Origin: an uncultured delta proteobacterium
GTDB taxonomy: Bacteria; Desulfobacterota; Deferrisomatia; Deferrisomatales; JACRMM01
Direction: 5' to 3'
DNA: 64,000 bases
Assembly (NCBI GenBank): GCA_963707045.1
Contig: CAVPOV010000015.1
Location: 16,619 to 80,618 of the forward strand
Shown: positions 48,173-63,004 of the stretch, piece after piece
Position numbering within the stretch: position 1 is the stretch's first letter
Layout: each line of letters opens with the position of its first letter
Notes under the pieces: generated by a model
Database searches by the model: none
Told to the model about the DNA's origin: nothing
Seen by the model: the letters and a program-made list of their open reading frames with translations, nothing else
Position numbers and translations under genes: made by a program

Positions 48173-48200
48173 GGCAGGCCCGGCCGGGGGCCCGCCCGGA

Positions 48201-48560
48201 CTACCCCGCCGGCCCGGTCTCCGTGTTGTCGCCGAGGATCTTCCCCTCCGCGTCGCACGCCACCGCGTAGACCCGGGCCGGACCCCGGTACGGGTTGTCG
48301 CGCGCCGGGCCCTCGGGACCCCGCGTCCGGTCGAAGCACGCCCGCATCTCCTCCACCGTGTCGAAAAAGACGAACCCGAAGCCGTCGTGGAACAGCTCGG
48401 CGTGTCGCCCCTCGTCCAGGTAGGGCACGGCCTTGAGCATCTCCCCGACCGGGTCGTCCGCCTCGTCGGGGAAGTCGAAGCGCAGGTACATCCCCGGCCG
48501 GTTCTCCGCCCGGCAGAGGCGCTGGAGCATCTCGCTGTGGTTGCGCACGATCACGTTCAT
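48201..48560 (-). CDS. Hypothetical protein, 119 aa
   Basis: SD AAGGAGGAG before the ATG; typical GC3 codon bias. Confidence 0.75.
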   Translation of the reverse strand: MNVIVRNHSEMLQRLCRAENRPGMYLRFDFPDEADDPVGEMLKAVPYLDEGRHAELFHDGFGFVFFDTVEEMRACFDRTRGPEGPARDNPYRGPARVYAVACDAEGKILGDNTETGPAG

Positions 48561-48693
48561 CGACTCCTCCTTCGTCCCCGGCGGGGCCATCCCGCACCCG
48601 ATCCATGCCACGAACCGGCTGTCCCGTCCAGTCCCGGAGCCCGCTTCGGGGCGCGCCCGAACGCTTCCCCCGCGCGCGCCGGCTGGAACCCCG

Positions 48694-50094
48694 TCACGGT
48701 TCGGCCGGCAGGCCAGGCCCTTCCCCGGAGAGGAGGCCGAGGAAGCACCCGCCCCCTCCGTCCGCCCCTGCGTCCGGAGGCGGCGGCGCGCCCTCCCGCT
48801 CCAGGACCACTTCGAAGGGGGCCGGGTCTTCATGCTCGGATACATTGACCACGGCAAGGTACAGGATCTGCGGAGGCACGGAGCCCGTTCTCGCCGTCAC
48901 CTCCCCGGGGGTTCCGGAGCGCGAGGTTGCCACCCGGAACTCCGCCCCGGGCGCACTCTCCACCGCCACGCGCACGTCCCAGGGTCCCGCCGGGACCGAG
49001 ACGAGGGTCGCGCCGAAGCGGCCCGGCGCCGTGGCCGGACTCGCCGCGACGCTCACCGGCGGGGCCCCCGGCTGGAGCACCCTCGGGCTCTCCGCGCCGC
49101 GGTACGCCGCCCCGTCCTCCCAGAGGTCCTCCGGATGGGCGGCGGCAGCCCAGAACTCCGCGAGGGTCGCCGGGAGTTCGGTCCCCCGGGCCCGCAGGGC
49201 GTCCGCGAGGGCGGCCTCCACCCCAAGGCTGTGGGCGTCGCGCAGGACCTCGCGCCAGAGGCCCGGCCCGTGGCGGGCCCAGAGGAAGCCGGGGAGGATG
49301 GCGGCGCCGTACTCCCGGCGCCCGTCCCGGAGGCCGAGCGGCTGCTCCGGACGCGCCAGGAAACCGCGCACGAAGGGCACGTAGTCGTCGGCGTCGGGTT
49401 CGCAGACCTCCTCCATCCAGGTGGCGGTCGCCTCGAACCACCAGCCCTCCCGCGCCCAGCGCGACGCCGGGACCTCGAGGCGGTCGTCCCAGGGGTACTC
49501 GGCCCGCTGCACGGCGTGGAACAGCTCGTGGGCGGCGACGGCGCGCAGGACGGCGACCTCGTCGCCGGCCGTGCCGGAGAAGTCGGCTCCGAACACGAAG
49601 TAGGCGGCACCGGCACCGGGGTCCACGTCGGCGTACCCGTAGAACCCGGGCCCGAGCCGCACCGGCGAGCCGTGGGCGGTCGCGCCCGTGTCGGCGACGT
49701 AGACGTCGAGGAGGTAGCGGTCGGCGCCGTAGGGCTCGGGAAACCCGAACCCCCCCTGGACGAGCCGCGCCGACTCCAGCGCCTCCCCCAGTTCCCGGAC
49801 CCAGCGGGGGACGCCGTCGGGCCCGGGGGCCCAGTCGGGGTCGCCCCGCGGGTGCTCCTCCCCCCAGAGGATGCGAAAGTTCGGGGTCAGCGTGGCGTGC
49901 ACACCGGGCTCCGGAGCCTGCAACGACTCGCGGCCGAGGACGCCGCGGCGCAGCGGAGGGGCGGGGGAGATCCGCCGGTCACCCGCCTCCCGGGGCCCGA
50001 TGGCGCACCGGGCCGCCCGGGCAGTGCCCGGCAGGCACAGCGCCACGAGAGTCAGCAGGACGGCAGCGAAGATCCTGGAAGCGGGATGGTGCAC
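48694..50094 (-). CDS. Exported zinc metalloprotease (MXAN_6640-like) with a Gly-rich Cys tail
   Basis: Signal peptide; AHELFHAVQ, WWFEATATWME and C-terminal DGGGGCFL. Confidence 0.8.
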   Translation of the reverse strand: MHHPASRIFAAVLLTLVALCLPGTARAARCAIGPREAGDRRISPAPPLRRGVLGRESLQAPEPGVHATLTPNFRILWGEEHPRGDPDWAPGPDGVPRWVRELGEALESARLVQGGFGFPEPYGADRYLLDVYVADTGATAHGSPVRLGPGFYGYADVDPGAGAAYFVFGADFSGTAGDEVAVLRAVAAHELFHAVQRAEYPWDDRLEVPASRWAREGWWFEATATWMEEVCEPDADDYVPFVRGFLARPEQPLGLRDGRREYGAAILPGFLWARHGPGLWREVLRDAHSLGVEAALADALRARGTELPATLAEFWAAAAHPEDLWEDGAAYRGAESPRVLQPGAPPVSVAASPATAPGRFGATLVSVPAGPWDVRVAVESAPGAEFRVATSRSGTPGEVTARTGSVPPQILYLAVVNVSEHEDPAPFEVVLEREGAPPPPDAGADGGGGCFLGLLSGEGPGLPAEP

Positions 50095-50174
50095 CGGCGA
50101 TCCCTCCGCGGGCGCGGGAAACGCGCCCCGGAAGGGTCGTCCGATTCACGGAAAAGCTTGAGGCGGCGGGACCC

Positions 50175-50963
50175 TCAGCGGCGCCGGCCCACGGAGGCCC
50201 AGTCGACCTCGCCGGCGTCGAACACCGGCCCCTCCTTGCAGACGCGCAGGTACGCTTGGGAGGTGCCGGGCACGACACAGCCGAGGCAAGCCCCCACGCC
50301 GCACGCCATGTGGGCCTCCAGCGACACCTGGCAGGGGACCCCCGCCCGTTCGCACAACCGGGCCACCGCCGCGAGCATGGGGGCGGGACCGCAGGCGTAC
50401 ACCGCCACACCCTCCGCACGGGCCTGCAACTCCCGGTCGAGAAGCGCCGTCACCAACCCCGGCTCCCCCATCGACCCGTCCTCGGTCGCCAGGGCGTAGG
50501 GCACGGCCAGGCAGCGGAAGTCGTCGTGGCAAAGGACGTCGCGGTCCGCTCGGGCGCCCAGCAGGAGCTTCGGGCGGGTCCCGTCCCCGAGGAGGCTCTC
50601 GGCCAGGAAGAGCAGGGGCGCCACGCCGACGCCCCCGCCCACCAGGAGCGGGCGCTCCCCCTGGCGCCGGAAGCCCCGGCCGAGAGGAGCCAGCACGTCC
50701 ACGCGGTCCCCGACGTGGACCCGGGCGAGGCGCTCGGTGCCCGCACCGACGACCCGGAACAGGAGCTCGAACTCCCCCGACTCCCCGCCGCTCAGCCGGT
50801 GGATGCTGAACGGCCGCCGCAGCAGGGGGTCGATCCCGTCGCCCACCTTCACCATCGCGAACTGACCGGGCTGCGCTGCGAACGGCTTCGCCGGCCTCAG
50901 CCGGAGGCGGAAGTACTCACCCCCGACGCTCTCCCGGTGCACGACCCAGGCGCGGTCGTCCAT
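50175..50963 (-). CDS. pyrK: Dihydroorotate dehydrogenase electron-transfer subunit
   Basis: PGQFAM, LRRPFSI, GGGVGVAP, ACGP and MACGVGACLGC...VCKEGPVF. Confidence 0.92.
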   Translation of the reverse strand: MDDRAWVVHRESVGGEYFRLRLRPAKPFAAQPGQFAMVKVGDGIDPLLRRPFSIHRLSGGESGEFELLFRVVGAGTERLARVHVGDRVDVLAPLGRGFRRQGERPLLVGGGVGVAPLLFLAESLLGDGTRPKLLLGARADRDVLCHDDFRCLAVPYALATEDGSMGEPGLVTALLDRELQARAEGVAVYACGPAPMLAAVARLCERAGVPCQVSLEAHMACGVGACLGCVVPGTSQAYLRVCKEGPVFDAGEVDWASVGRRR

Positions 50964-50995
50964 GCGGCACTCTCCCCTTTCCGAAGCGGCCGAGC

Positions 50996-52918
50996 TCAAC
51001 GGGGTCCCCCCGCGCCCGGCGCGGCGGCCCCGTCCAGGCGGGCGCGCACGGCATCCGCGGCCGACCCATCCAAACCGGCCTCCAGCGCCCGGCGGTAGGC
51101 CAGCAACGCCTCGTCGCGCCGGCCCTCCGCCTCCAGGAGCGCTCCCAGGCGGGCCAGGGCCGCGGCCCGAAACGGTCCGGCGTCGTCGGCCTGCGCCGCG
51201 AAGGCGGCCCGCGCCTCGTCCGCCCGCCCCAGGGCCCAGAGCGCCTCGGCCTCCTGGTAGGCCGCCCGCCCCGGCTCCCCCCCCTCCCTGGCCAGGGGCG
51301 CCCACCGGAGGACTCCTTCCCAGTCCCCGGACCGGAAGGCCCGGTCCACGAGCTCGGAGGCGGCCCCCGGCGCCCTCGCCGGGTCCCGGGTCTCGGCCAC
51401 GGACTCCAGCGAGGAGACGTAGGCCCCCTCGTCCCCGGCGTCCTTCAGGTGGCGGGCCCGCCTCTCCAGGAATGCGGCGCGGTCCTTCCCGTCGGGCGAA
51501 CCGGCGGCCAGCCGCAGGCAGAGCCCGGCAGCCCGGACCGGATCGGGGACGGCCTCCGCCGCGGACAGGGCGGTGAGGAGGACCTCCCCGGACACCCCCT
51601 CCGACGCGAGCAGGGGCTCGAGGCGGTCCAACGCCTCGCGGGCGCGCGCGGCGCCGAGCAGCGCCCGGGCGGCTAGCAGACGGGCCTCCTCGTAGCCGGT
51701 GGCTCCCGGCGGCACCCCATCCCAGTGGACCACGGCCTGGTCGATCCCCCCGGCCGCCGCGGCCAGGGTGAGGCGGACGACTCCGCGCTCCTCCGCGGTC
51801 AACTCCTTCTCCCGGGCCAGGAGCTGGGAGGCGTGGCGGGCCGCACCGGCGGCGTCCCCGGCAGCCACCGCGACGGCCATGGCCGCCTTGCGCACCTCCA
51901 GCAGCCTCTCCTTCACCGCGGGGTCGTCCGGCCTCGCCAGGGCGGCCTCCAGGTGGCGGAGCGCACCGGCCAGGTCCCCCGCGCTCCGGAGCACGTCCGA
52001 GAGGGCGAGATGGGCCTTCACGGCGAGGGGCCCCTTGGGGTCCTCCCGCAGACACGTCTCCAGGGCGGAACGGGCGCCGGGAGCCTCCCCGACCCGGGCC
52101 CGGGCCAGCCCCTCCTCGCAAAGTGCCCGCGCGCGGACCTGGCGGTCCCCGGCCCCTGCGGCGAGGGCGGCCCACAGCCCCGCTTCCCCGGCGGGGTCGC
52201 CCTGCTGGCGGGCCGCCTCGACCCCGGCGAGCACCACCGCCTCCAGGGCCTCGGGCTCGGCACGGAGGGCCGCGTCCGCCAGGGCGTCGCCGACCGCGGC
52301 CCGCACCGCCCCGGCGCCGGCGGGTCGGGTCGCGGAGACCCGCCCGGCCCAGGCGACGGCGCGTCTCGGGTCCCCCGGGGCCCCCTTCAGGAAGGCGCCG
52401 TAGCGCTCCGCCCGCCGCGCGGGGGGCTCCACCCCCTCCGAGAGCTCCGCGGCGAGGAACAGGGCGTCGACGCGGCGCTCCCCCCCCTTGGCCCCGAGGT
52501 AGCGGTCCAGCAGCGCGAGCGCCTCCTTGCCCTCGCCGGCGCGGGAGGCCACCCAGGCGAGCCAGTAGCCCGCCTCCCGGCCCGACGGCCCGCCGAGGGC
52601 CCGGACCTCCTCCCAGACCGCACGGGCGGCCTTCCAGTCGGAGCGGGCCATCTCCACCTGGGCGAGGACGCGGAGCACGTCGGGGCGGCGCGGGTCTGCC
52701 GGCGCAGCGGCGAGGAAGGCGCGAAGCTCCTTGGAGGCGAGGTCGTGGAAGCCGTCGCGGTAGGCCTTGAGGCCGACGGTCAAGCGGTCCTGGGACGAGG
52801 CGGCCCGGGCGGGCACCGTGCCGCCCGGCGCCCCCGAGAGCAGGAGGGACGCCCCGAGGACGAGGCAGAGCCCGAACCGCCCTGTCGCCCCCCTGCCGCC
52901 GGTCCGGCGAGCCCCCAC
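50996..52918 (-). CDS. Exported TPR-repeat protein
   Basis: Signal peptide; multiple Ala/Leu-rich TPR-like helices over about 600 aa. Confidence 0.8.
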   Translation of the reverse strand: MGARRTGGRGATGRFGLCLVLGASLLLSGAPGGTVPARAASSQDRLTVGLKAYRDGFHDLASKELRAFLAAAPADPRRPDVLRVLAQVEMARSDWKAARAVWEEVRALGGPSGREAGYWLAWVASRAGEGKEALALLDRYLGAKGGERRVDALFLAAELSEGVEPPARRAERYGAFLKGAPGDPRRAVAWAGRVSATRPAGAGAVRAAVGDALADAALRAEPEALEAVVLAGVEAARQQGDPAGEAGLWAALAAGAGDRQVRARALCEEGLARARVGEAPGARSALETCLREDPKGPLAVKAHLALSDVLRSAGDLAGALRHLEAALARPDDPAVKERLLEVRKAAMAVAVAAGDAAGAARHASQLLAREKELTAEERGVVRLTLAAAAGGIDQAVVHWDGVPPGATGYEEARLLAARALLGAARAREALDRLEPLLASEGVSGEVLLTALSAAEAVPDPVRAAGLCLRLAAGSPDGKDRAAFLERRARHLKDAGDEGAYVSSLESVAETRDPARAPGAASELVDRAFRSGDWEGVLRWAPLAREGGEPGRAAYQEAEALWALGRADEARAAFAAQADDAGPFRAAALARLGALLEAEGRRDEALLAYRRALEAGLDGSAADAVRARLDGAAAPGAGGPR

Positions 52919-52928
52919 CCCGGCGCTC

Positions 52929-56196
<3,268 letters not shown>

Positions 56197-56297
56197 GACT
56201 CGGCTCTCCGCTGGGCGGCCGGGCGGCTGGGCGGCTGGCGGTGGGGGGCCGGGGCGCCTCGGCCCCGGGATCCTCGGCTGCCCGGCCGCCTCGCGGC

Positions 56298-57437
56298 CTA
56301 GCCGTTCTTTTCCATCATCTCGATGAAGCGGCGGAACAGGTAGGCGGCGTCGTGGGGGCCCGGGCTCGCCTCGGGGTGGTACTGGACGCTGAAGAGCGGC
56401 AGTTCCCGGTGCGGATGCCCTCCACGGTCCGGTCGTTGAGGTTGACGTGGGTGACCTCGACGGCGTCGCCGTGCTCGGAGCGCTCGAGGCTCTCCAGGTC
56501 GACGACGAAGTTGTGGTTCTGGCTGGTGATCTCGACCTTGCCGGTGGACAGGTCCTTCACCGGCTGGTTGCCGCCGTGGTGGCCGAACTTGAGCTTGACG
56601 GTCGTTGCCGCCCGAGCGCCAGGCCGATGATCTGGTTGCCGAGGCAGATGCCGAAGATCGGCACCTTGCCCAGCAGCTCCCGCACCGCCTCGACGGCGTA
56701 GGGAACCCCCTGCGGGTCGCCGGGCCCGTTGGAGAGGAACACGCCGTCCGGGGATCAGGGCCAGCACCTCCCGGGCCGAGGTGTGGGCGGGCACCACCGT
56801 CACGTCGCACCCCACCGCCGTGAGGCGGCGCAGGATGTTGTACTTGACCCCGAAGTCGTAGGCCACCACCTTGTACCCGCCCGGGCGCCGGGGCTTCTCG
56901 TAGCCCCACCCCGAGCGACCAGTCCCCCACCTCCCACCGGTAGGGCTCGCGGCACGTGACCTCCCGGACGAGGTCGCGCCCCTCGATGCGCCGGAGCGGA
57001 CCGCGGCCCGGTCCACGAGGGCGTCGGCGTCGGCATCCTCCCGGTGGCGATGACCCCGATCATCGACCCCTTCTCCCGGAGGCGCCGGGTCAGCGCGCGG
57101 GTGTCGATCCCCTGGATGCCGACGACGCCCTGGTCGGCCAGGAACCGGTGGAGGCTCTTGGTCGCGCGCCAGTTGGAGGGGGTCTCCCACGCCTCCTTGA
57201 CGATGAAGCCCTCCACGTGGATGCGCGACGACTCGAAGTCCTCCTCGTTCACCCCGTAGTTGCCGATCTCCGTGTAGGTCATGGCCACCATCTGGCCCTT
57301 GTAGGAGGGGTCGGAGAGCATCTCCTGGTAGCCCATCATGCTCGTGTTGAACACGACCTCGCCGACGGTCTCCCCTTCGGCCCCGAAGGACCAGCCCTGG
57401 AAGACGGTCCCGTCGGCGAGGGCCAGCAGCGCCTTCC

Positions 57438-57441
<4 letters not shown>
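56298..57441 (-). CDS. carA: Carbamoyl-phosphate synthase small subunit (frameshifts)
   Basis: [34 protein letters not shown] and [12 protein letters not shown]. Confidence 0.95.
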
Positions 57442-59688
<2,247 letters not shown>

Positions 59689-59690
59689 GG

Positions 59691-60284
59691 TCAGCTCCCG
59701 TCGCCCCGGCGGTCCGGCATGCCCGGCAGCCAAGGGCCGCTCCCCGGCTCCAGCAAGGCCAGGGAGTCCTCCCCGCTCGTCTCGCGCAGCCGGAGCTCGA
59801 CCCGCTGGTCGCGCACCGTGCGTACCACGTGCCCCACGTAGTCCGCCTGGATCGGGAGTTCCCGGTGCCCCCGGTCCACCAGCACCGCGAGTTGCACCGC
59901 CCGCGGCCGTCCGAAGTCCATGAGGGCGTCCAGCCCCGCCCGCACCGTGCGCCCCGTGAAGAGGACGTCGTCCACGAGGACCACGACCCGGTCGTCGAGG
60001 TCGAAGGGGATGTCCGTGGGCTTGGGGACGGGGTGGCGCCCCGGCAGGGAGACGTCGTCGCGGTACAGGGTGATGTCGAGCCGGCCCAGGGGCACGTCCA
60101 CGCCCTCGGCCTGGCGGATCAGGTCGCGCAGGCGCTCCGCCAGGAGGGCCCCCCGGGTCACCACGCCGACCAGCACGAGCCCCTCGGTGCCGCGGTTGCG
60201 CTCCACGACCTCGTGGGCCATTCGTGCGAGGGTCCTGCGCACGGAGTCTTCGTTGAGGAGGAGTCGGTCGGCGGCGTCCGTCAC
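59691..60284 (-). CDS. pyrR: Bifunctional pyr regulator/uracil phosphoribosyltransferase
   Basis: [30 protein letters not shown] and [15 protein letters not shown]. Confidence 0.95.
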   Translation of the reverse strand: MTDAADRLLLNEDSVRRTLARMAHEVVERNRGTEGLVLVGVVTRGALLAERLRDLIRQAEGVDVPLGRLDITLYRDDVSLPGRHPVPKPTDIPFDLDDRVVVLVDDVLFTGRTVRAGLDALMDFGRPRAVQLAVLVDRGHRELPIQADYVGHVVRTVRDQRVELRLRETSGEDSLALLEPGSGPWLPGMPDRRGDGS

Positions 60285-60288
60285 GGCG

Positions 60289-60360
60289 CTAACTCAAAAA
60301 AAAGCCTTCTCGCGTCGCTGGAGAAGGCTCGTTTCGTCGGAAGATTCGGAGGGCGGCCAT
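60289..60360 (-). CDS. Putative 23-aa leader peptide MAALRIFRRNEPSPATREGFFLS
   Basis: SD GAGGAAGG next to the ATG; four CGA codons; spans the terminator; its TAG ends 4 nt before the pyrR GTG. Confidence 0.55.
   Translation of the reverse strand: MAALRIFRRNEPSPATREGFFLS
60296..60329 (-). terminator. Attenuator terminator in the pyrR leader
   Basis: AGCCTTCTC-N9-GAGAAGGCT running into an 8-T tract, located between the promoter and pyrR. Confidence 0.88.
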
Positions 60361-60396
60361 TCCTTCCTCGGGGGGCCCGGGTCCGAAAGTCGGCGA

Positions 60397-60425
60397 ACTA
60401 TAGCATCCGCTTCGGGGGGGGTCAA
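60397..60425 (-). promoter_or_regulatory. sigma70 promoter of the pyr/car operon
   Basis: TTGACC-N17-TATAGT with an extended -10 TG. Confidence 0.85.
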
Positions 60426-60562
60426 CGCCCTTGCTCCCGATCGGCGGCTCGGAGTGAAATGACGGCACCGGAGAACGCGGCGGGCGTACGCCCCGGTCCC
60501 GGCGCAGCACCCGGCGCGGCCGGGGCGGGTGGGCGGCGGCCCTCCGAATCGAGGAAACGCTC

Positions 60563-61303
60563 GTGGAACGAGACCGGAGACCCCAGCCCGGCGTGCGACG
60601 GCGCAAGGGGCGCACGCGCCGCGGCGCGACCACCGGGGGCGGCACGGGGAAGGCATCCCGCCAGGACCTGGAGCGTCACGTGATCGCGGTCCAGCGCACC
60701 GTGAGAACCTGCGGCGGCTGCGGTCAGTGCTGCACCGAGGGGTACAACGCGGTCCGCATCCTGCCCGCGGAGGCGGTCCGGATCGTTCGCCACCTGGGCG
60801 GCCTCCCGCCGGCGCGGCGGGACCCCCTCCTGCGCCGCGCGTGGGAGTCGGTCGAACGCTACGGCCTGCGCAGCGACGGGCCGAAGGTGCGCTGCACCTG
60901 CCCGTTCCTCGAGGACGACCTGCGGTGCGCCCTGCCCCTCCGCGTGAAGCCGACCGCGTGCCTCTCGTTCAACCCCCTGGGCCCGGGGCGCTGCGGCCAG
61001 GAGCCCGGGTGGTACTTCGCCGTCCACGACCGGGAGGAGATCGAGAACCGCCGCGCGGGGCTCGACGCACGGGACGCGCCGATTCCCGTGGCCGTGCTGG
61101 CGACGCTCCGGGACGACCCCGGGCTCCACGCACCAGGACCGAACGGGCTGGAACCAAAGGCTCCTTCGGGGGTGCACGGCCGGACCAAGCCGTCTGGTGG
61201 CGGTCCACCCCGCGCACACGCCGAATCGGGAATCCGGCCCCGCACGAGCGCCGTCGAACCCCGACCTCCTCGCACACGTCGCCGGCGCCGGTTGAGTGGC
61301 TGA
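60563..61303 (+). CDS. YkgJ-family (CxxCxxCC) cysteine-cluster protein; ends uncertain
   Basis: CGGCGQCC, CPFL...C...KPTAC. Confidence 0.8.
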   Translation: MERDRRPQPGVRRRKGRTRRGATTGGGTGKASRQDLERHVIAVQRTVRTCGGCGQCCTEGYNAVRILPAEAVRIVRHLGGLPPARRDPLLRRAWESVERYGLRSDGPKVRCTCPFLEDDLRCALPLRVKPTACLSFNPLGPGRCGQEPGWYFAVHDREEIENRRAGLDARDAPIPVAVLATLRDDPGLHAPGPNGLEPKAPSGVHGRTKPSGGGPPRAHAESGIRPRTSAVEPRPPRTRRRRRLSG

Positions 61304-61325
61304 CGTGGTCGACCTCCCCTGTTCG

Positions 61326-61742
61326 TCAACTCACATCCCAACCCGCCAAGAACTCGATGGGCGTCAGCACCCCGAGGCCGCCGCGGGGAAAGTCGTCGGG
61401 ATTGCGGGTCACGAGGGCCTCGGCTCCCGCACGCAGGGCCGAGAAATACTGGATCGCGTCCTCGAAGTCGGCGAAGTCCGCGTCCATCGCCTGGTTGAGC
61501 ACTTGGGCCGTCAAGTCGACGGGCTGGAACACGTCCCGAAGAAGGCGCAGCGCCTCCAGGGCTTTGGCCATTCCTGCGTGTCTCCGGATCACGTAGTAGC
61601 AATTGTTGTAACTGATCGCCGAGATCACCCCCGTGACGCGCCCCGCTTCGGCCAGGCTCCACACCCTCGCCGAGGGCGCGTAGAAGGGCTCCCGTGCAGC
61701 CAGCACGTCGAGCAGAACGTTGGTGTCCACGTGGACGACCAT
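61326..61742 (-). CDS. PIN-domain toxin (VapC-like)
   Basis: VDTNVLLD, DFEDAIQY and LVTRNPDDF. Confidence 0.9.
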   Translation of the reverse strand: MVVHVDTNVLLDVLAAREPFYAPSARVWSLAEAGRVTGVISAISYNNCYYVIRRHAGMAKALEALRLLRDVFQPVDLTAQVLNQAMDADFADFEDAIQYFSALRAGAEALVTRNPDDFPRGGLGVLTPIEFLAGWDVS

Positions 61743-61744
61743 CG

Positions 61745-61996
61745 CTACTCCTCGTACCGCTCGGCGAACGCCTCCTCGACGAGTTCCCGGTCGCTCCGCC
61801 CCGCGGGCAGGGTCACGAGCCCGGTGGCCCGCCGGGTCAGCGGGCCCGGCTCCTCGCACCGCGACCGCACCGAGACCGCCGCCTTGACGAAGCGAGCGAA
61901 CATCGAAGACACGCTCGTCCCGCTCTCCTCGGCCAACCACTTGGCCTGGGCCACCACCTCGTCGTCCGCGCTCAGCGTAAGCTTCGTCATCGCCAT
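61745..61996 (-). CDS. Antitoxin, RHH-like (DUF6364-type)
   Basis: TKLTLSADDEVVAQAK...GTSVSSM; lies directly upstream of the PIN gene. Confidence 0.82.
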   Translation of the reverse strand: MAMTKLTLSADDEVVAQAKWLAEESGTSVSSMFARFVKAAVSVRSRCEEPGPLTRRATGLVTLPAGRSDRELVEEAFAERYEE

Positions 61997-62358
61997 GCCG
62001 CACTCCGCACCCTCACGAATACGTACACAGTTTTGAGACTACCACGTATCCGTCCGCTCCTCCAAGCCATTGCCGAAATCCCCGTCAGGCAGATAACCCG
62101 AGCGTGAGCCTTCCTGCCCACGGTCGCCGAGTTGTCGGAGGGGCCCGCCGTGCACGGCACGCCCTCGCAATCCCCACTCCCCCCGCGTCCGGCAGAGGCC
62201 GGGAGATCGGGCACTTTCCGCGGCACCGACGGGCAAGAGGACGGTCCGCCAATCGCCGAGGCCCCGCAGACGTCCGGCGTGTGCCAAGTCCCGGTTGCCT
62301 CGGTCCCTCCGCCCGGGTGAGGATTGTGGACGACCGAACCGCACCACAGGAGATCGCC

Positions 62359-62793
62359 ATGCCCGACACCTACCTCGTCCAATGCGCCGGCTGCGGAACC
62401 CGCAACCGGATCCCCCACGAGAAGGCCGCCCTGGCCGGCCGGTGCGGCCGGTGCGGGGCGCACCTGCTCCCGTCCCACGCCCTGCCCATGGCGGTGACGG
62501 ACGCCTCCTGGGGCGAGCAGGTGCTCGGGTCCTCCGTGCCCACCGTGGTCGAGGTGTGGAGCCCCCGGTGCGGAATCTGCTCGCAGTACGAGGTGAGCGT
62601 TCGGCAGCTGGCGGTGCGCCTCTTCGGAAAGGCCCGGGTGCTCCAGCTCGACGCCGAGGAGAACCCGGCGACCGCGGCCCGCTACGGGATCCAGGGCGTG
62701 CCCACCCTTCTCCTGTTTCGAGACGGAAGACTCGTCTCCACACTCCACGGGCCCCAGGGAGAAAAGGGTATTCGAGAAATCCTGAAGATCTGA
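62359..62793 (+). CDS. TrxC-like thioredoxin with an N-terminal zinc finger
   Basis: CAGCGTRNR...CGRCG, active site WSPRCGIC and YGIQGVPTL. Confidence 0.88.
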   Translation: MPDTYLVQCAGCGTRNRIPHEKAALAGRCGRCGAHLLPSHALPMAVTDASWGEQVLGSSVPTVVEVWSPRCGICSQYEVSVRQLAVRLFGKARVLQLDAEENPATAARYGIQGVPTLLLFRDGRLVSTLHGPQGEKGIREILKI

Positions 62794-62829
62794 CGCCGGG
62801 CTGCCCCCCTTCACCGCCCCCCAAGGGGT

Positions 62830-62913
62830 TGTCGCCCGACGGCGACAACCGGACCCGGCCTCCCGGGCCGCCCGCCCGCCCCAGCCCTTCGCGGGCGTCT
62901 CCGATCGCAGACA
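62830..62913. promoter_or_regulatory. Two putative sigma54-activator enhancer sites
   Basis: TGTC-N10-GACA at 62830-62847 (inside a perfect 10-bp inverted repeat) and CGTC-N10-GACA at 62896-62913. Confidence 0.55.
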
Positions 62914-62978
62914 CTTCCGCCCTCCCAAGAAGGGGGTGGCACCTCCCCGAGCCCCCAGATCCCCGGTCGGGCCGCGGT

Positions 62979-62994
62979 TGGCACCGAGATTGCA
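62979..62994 (+). promoter_or_regulatory. sigma54 (-24/-12) promoter
   Basis: TGGCAC-CGAGA-TTGCA matches TGGCAC-N5-TTGCW exactly. Confidence 0.8.
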
Positions 62995-63004
62995 AAACCT
63001 CGGG

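Noticed and set aside
56211-56292. GGGCGGCY short repeats and an 11-bp stem between carA and carB as a REP or CRISPR element
   Set aside because: Only about three degenerate 8-mers, no spacers and no other copy noticed; probably an ordinary intercistronic hairpin.
60330-60395. Canonical PyrR-binding RNA loop
   Set aside because: No convincing ARUCCnGnGAGGYU or U-rich flank found by eye; it needs a covariance-model search.
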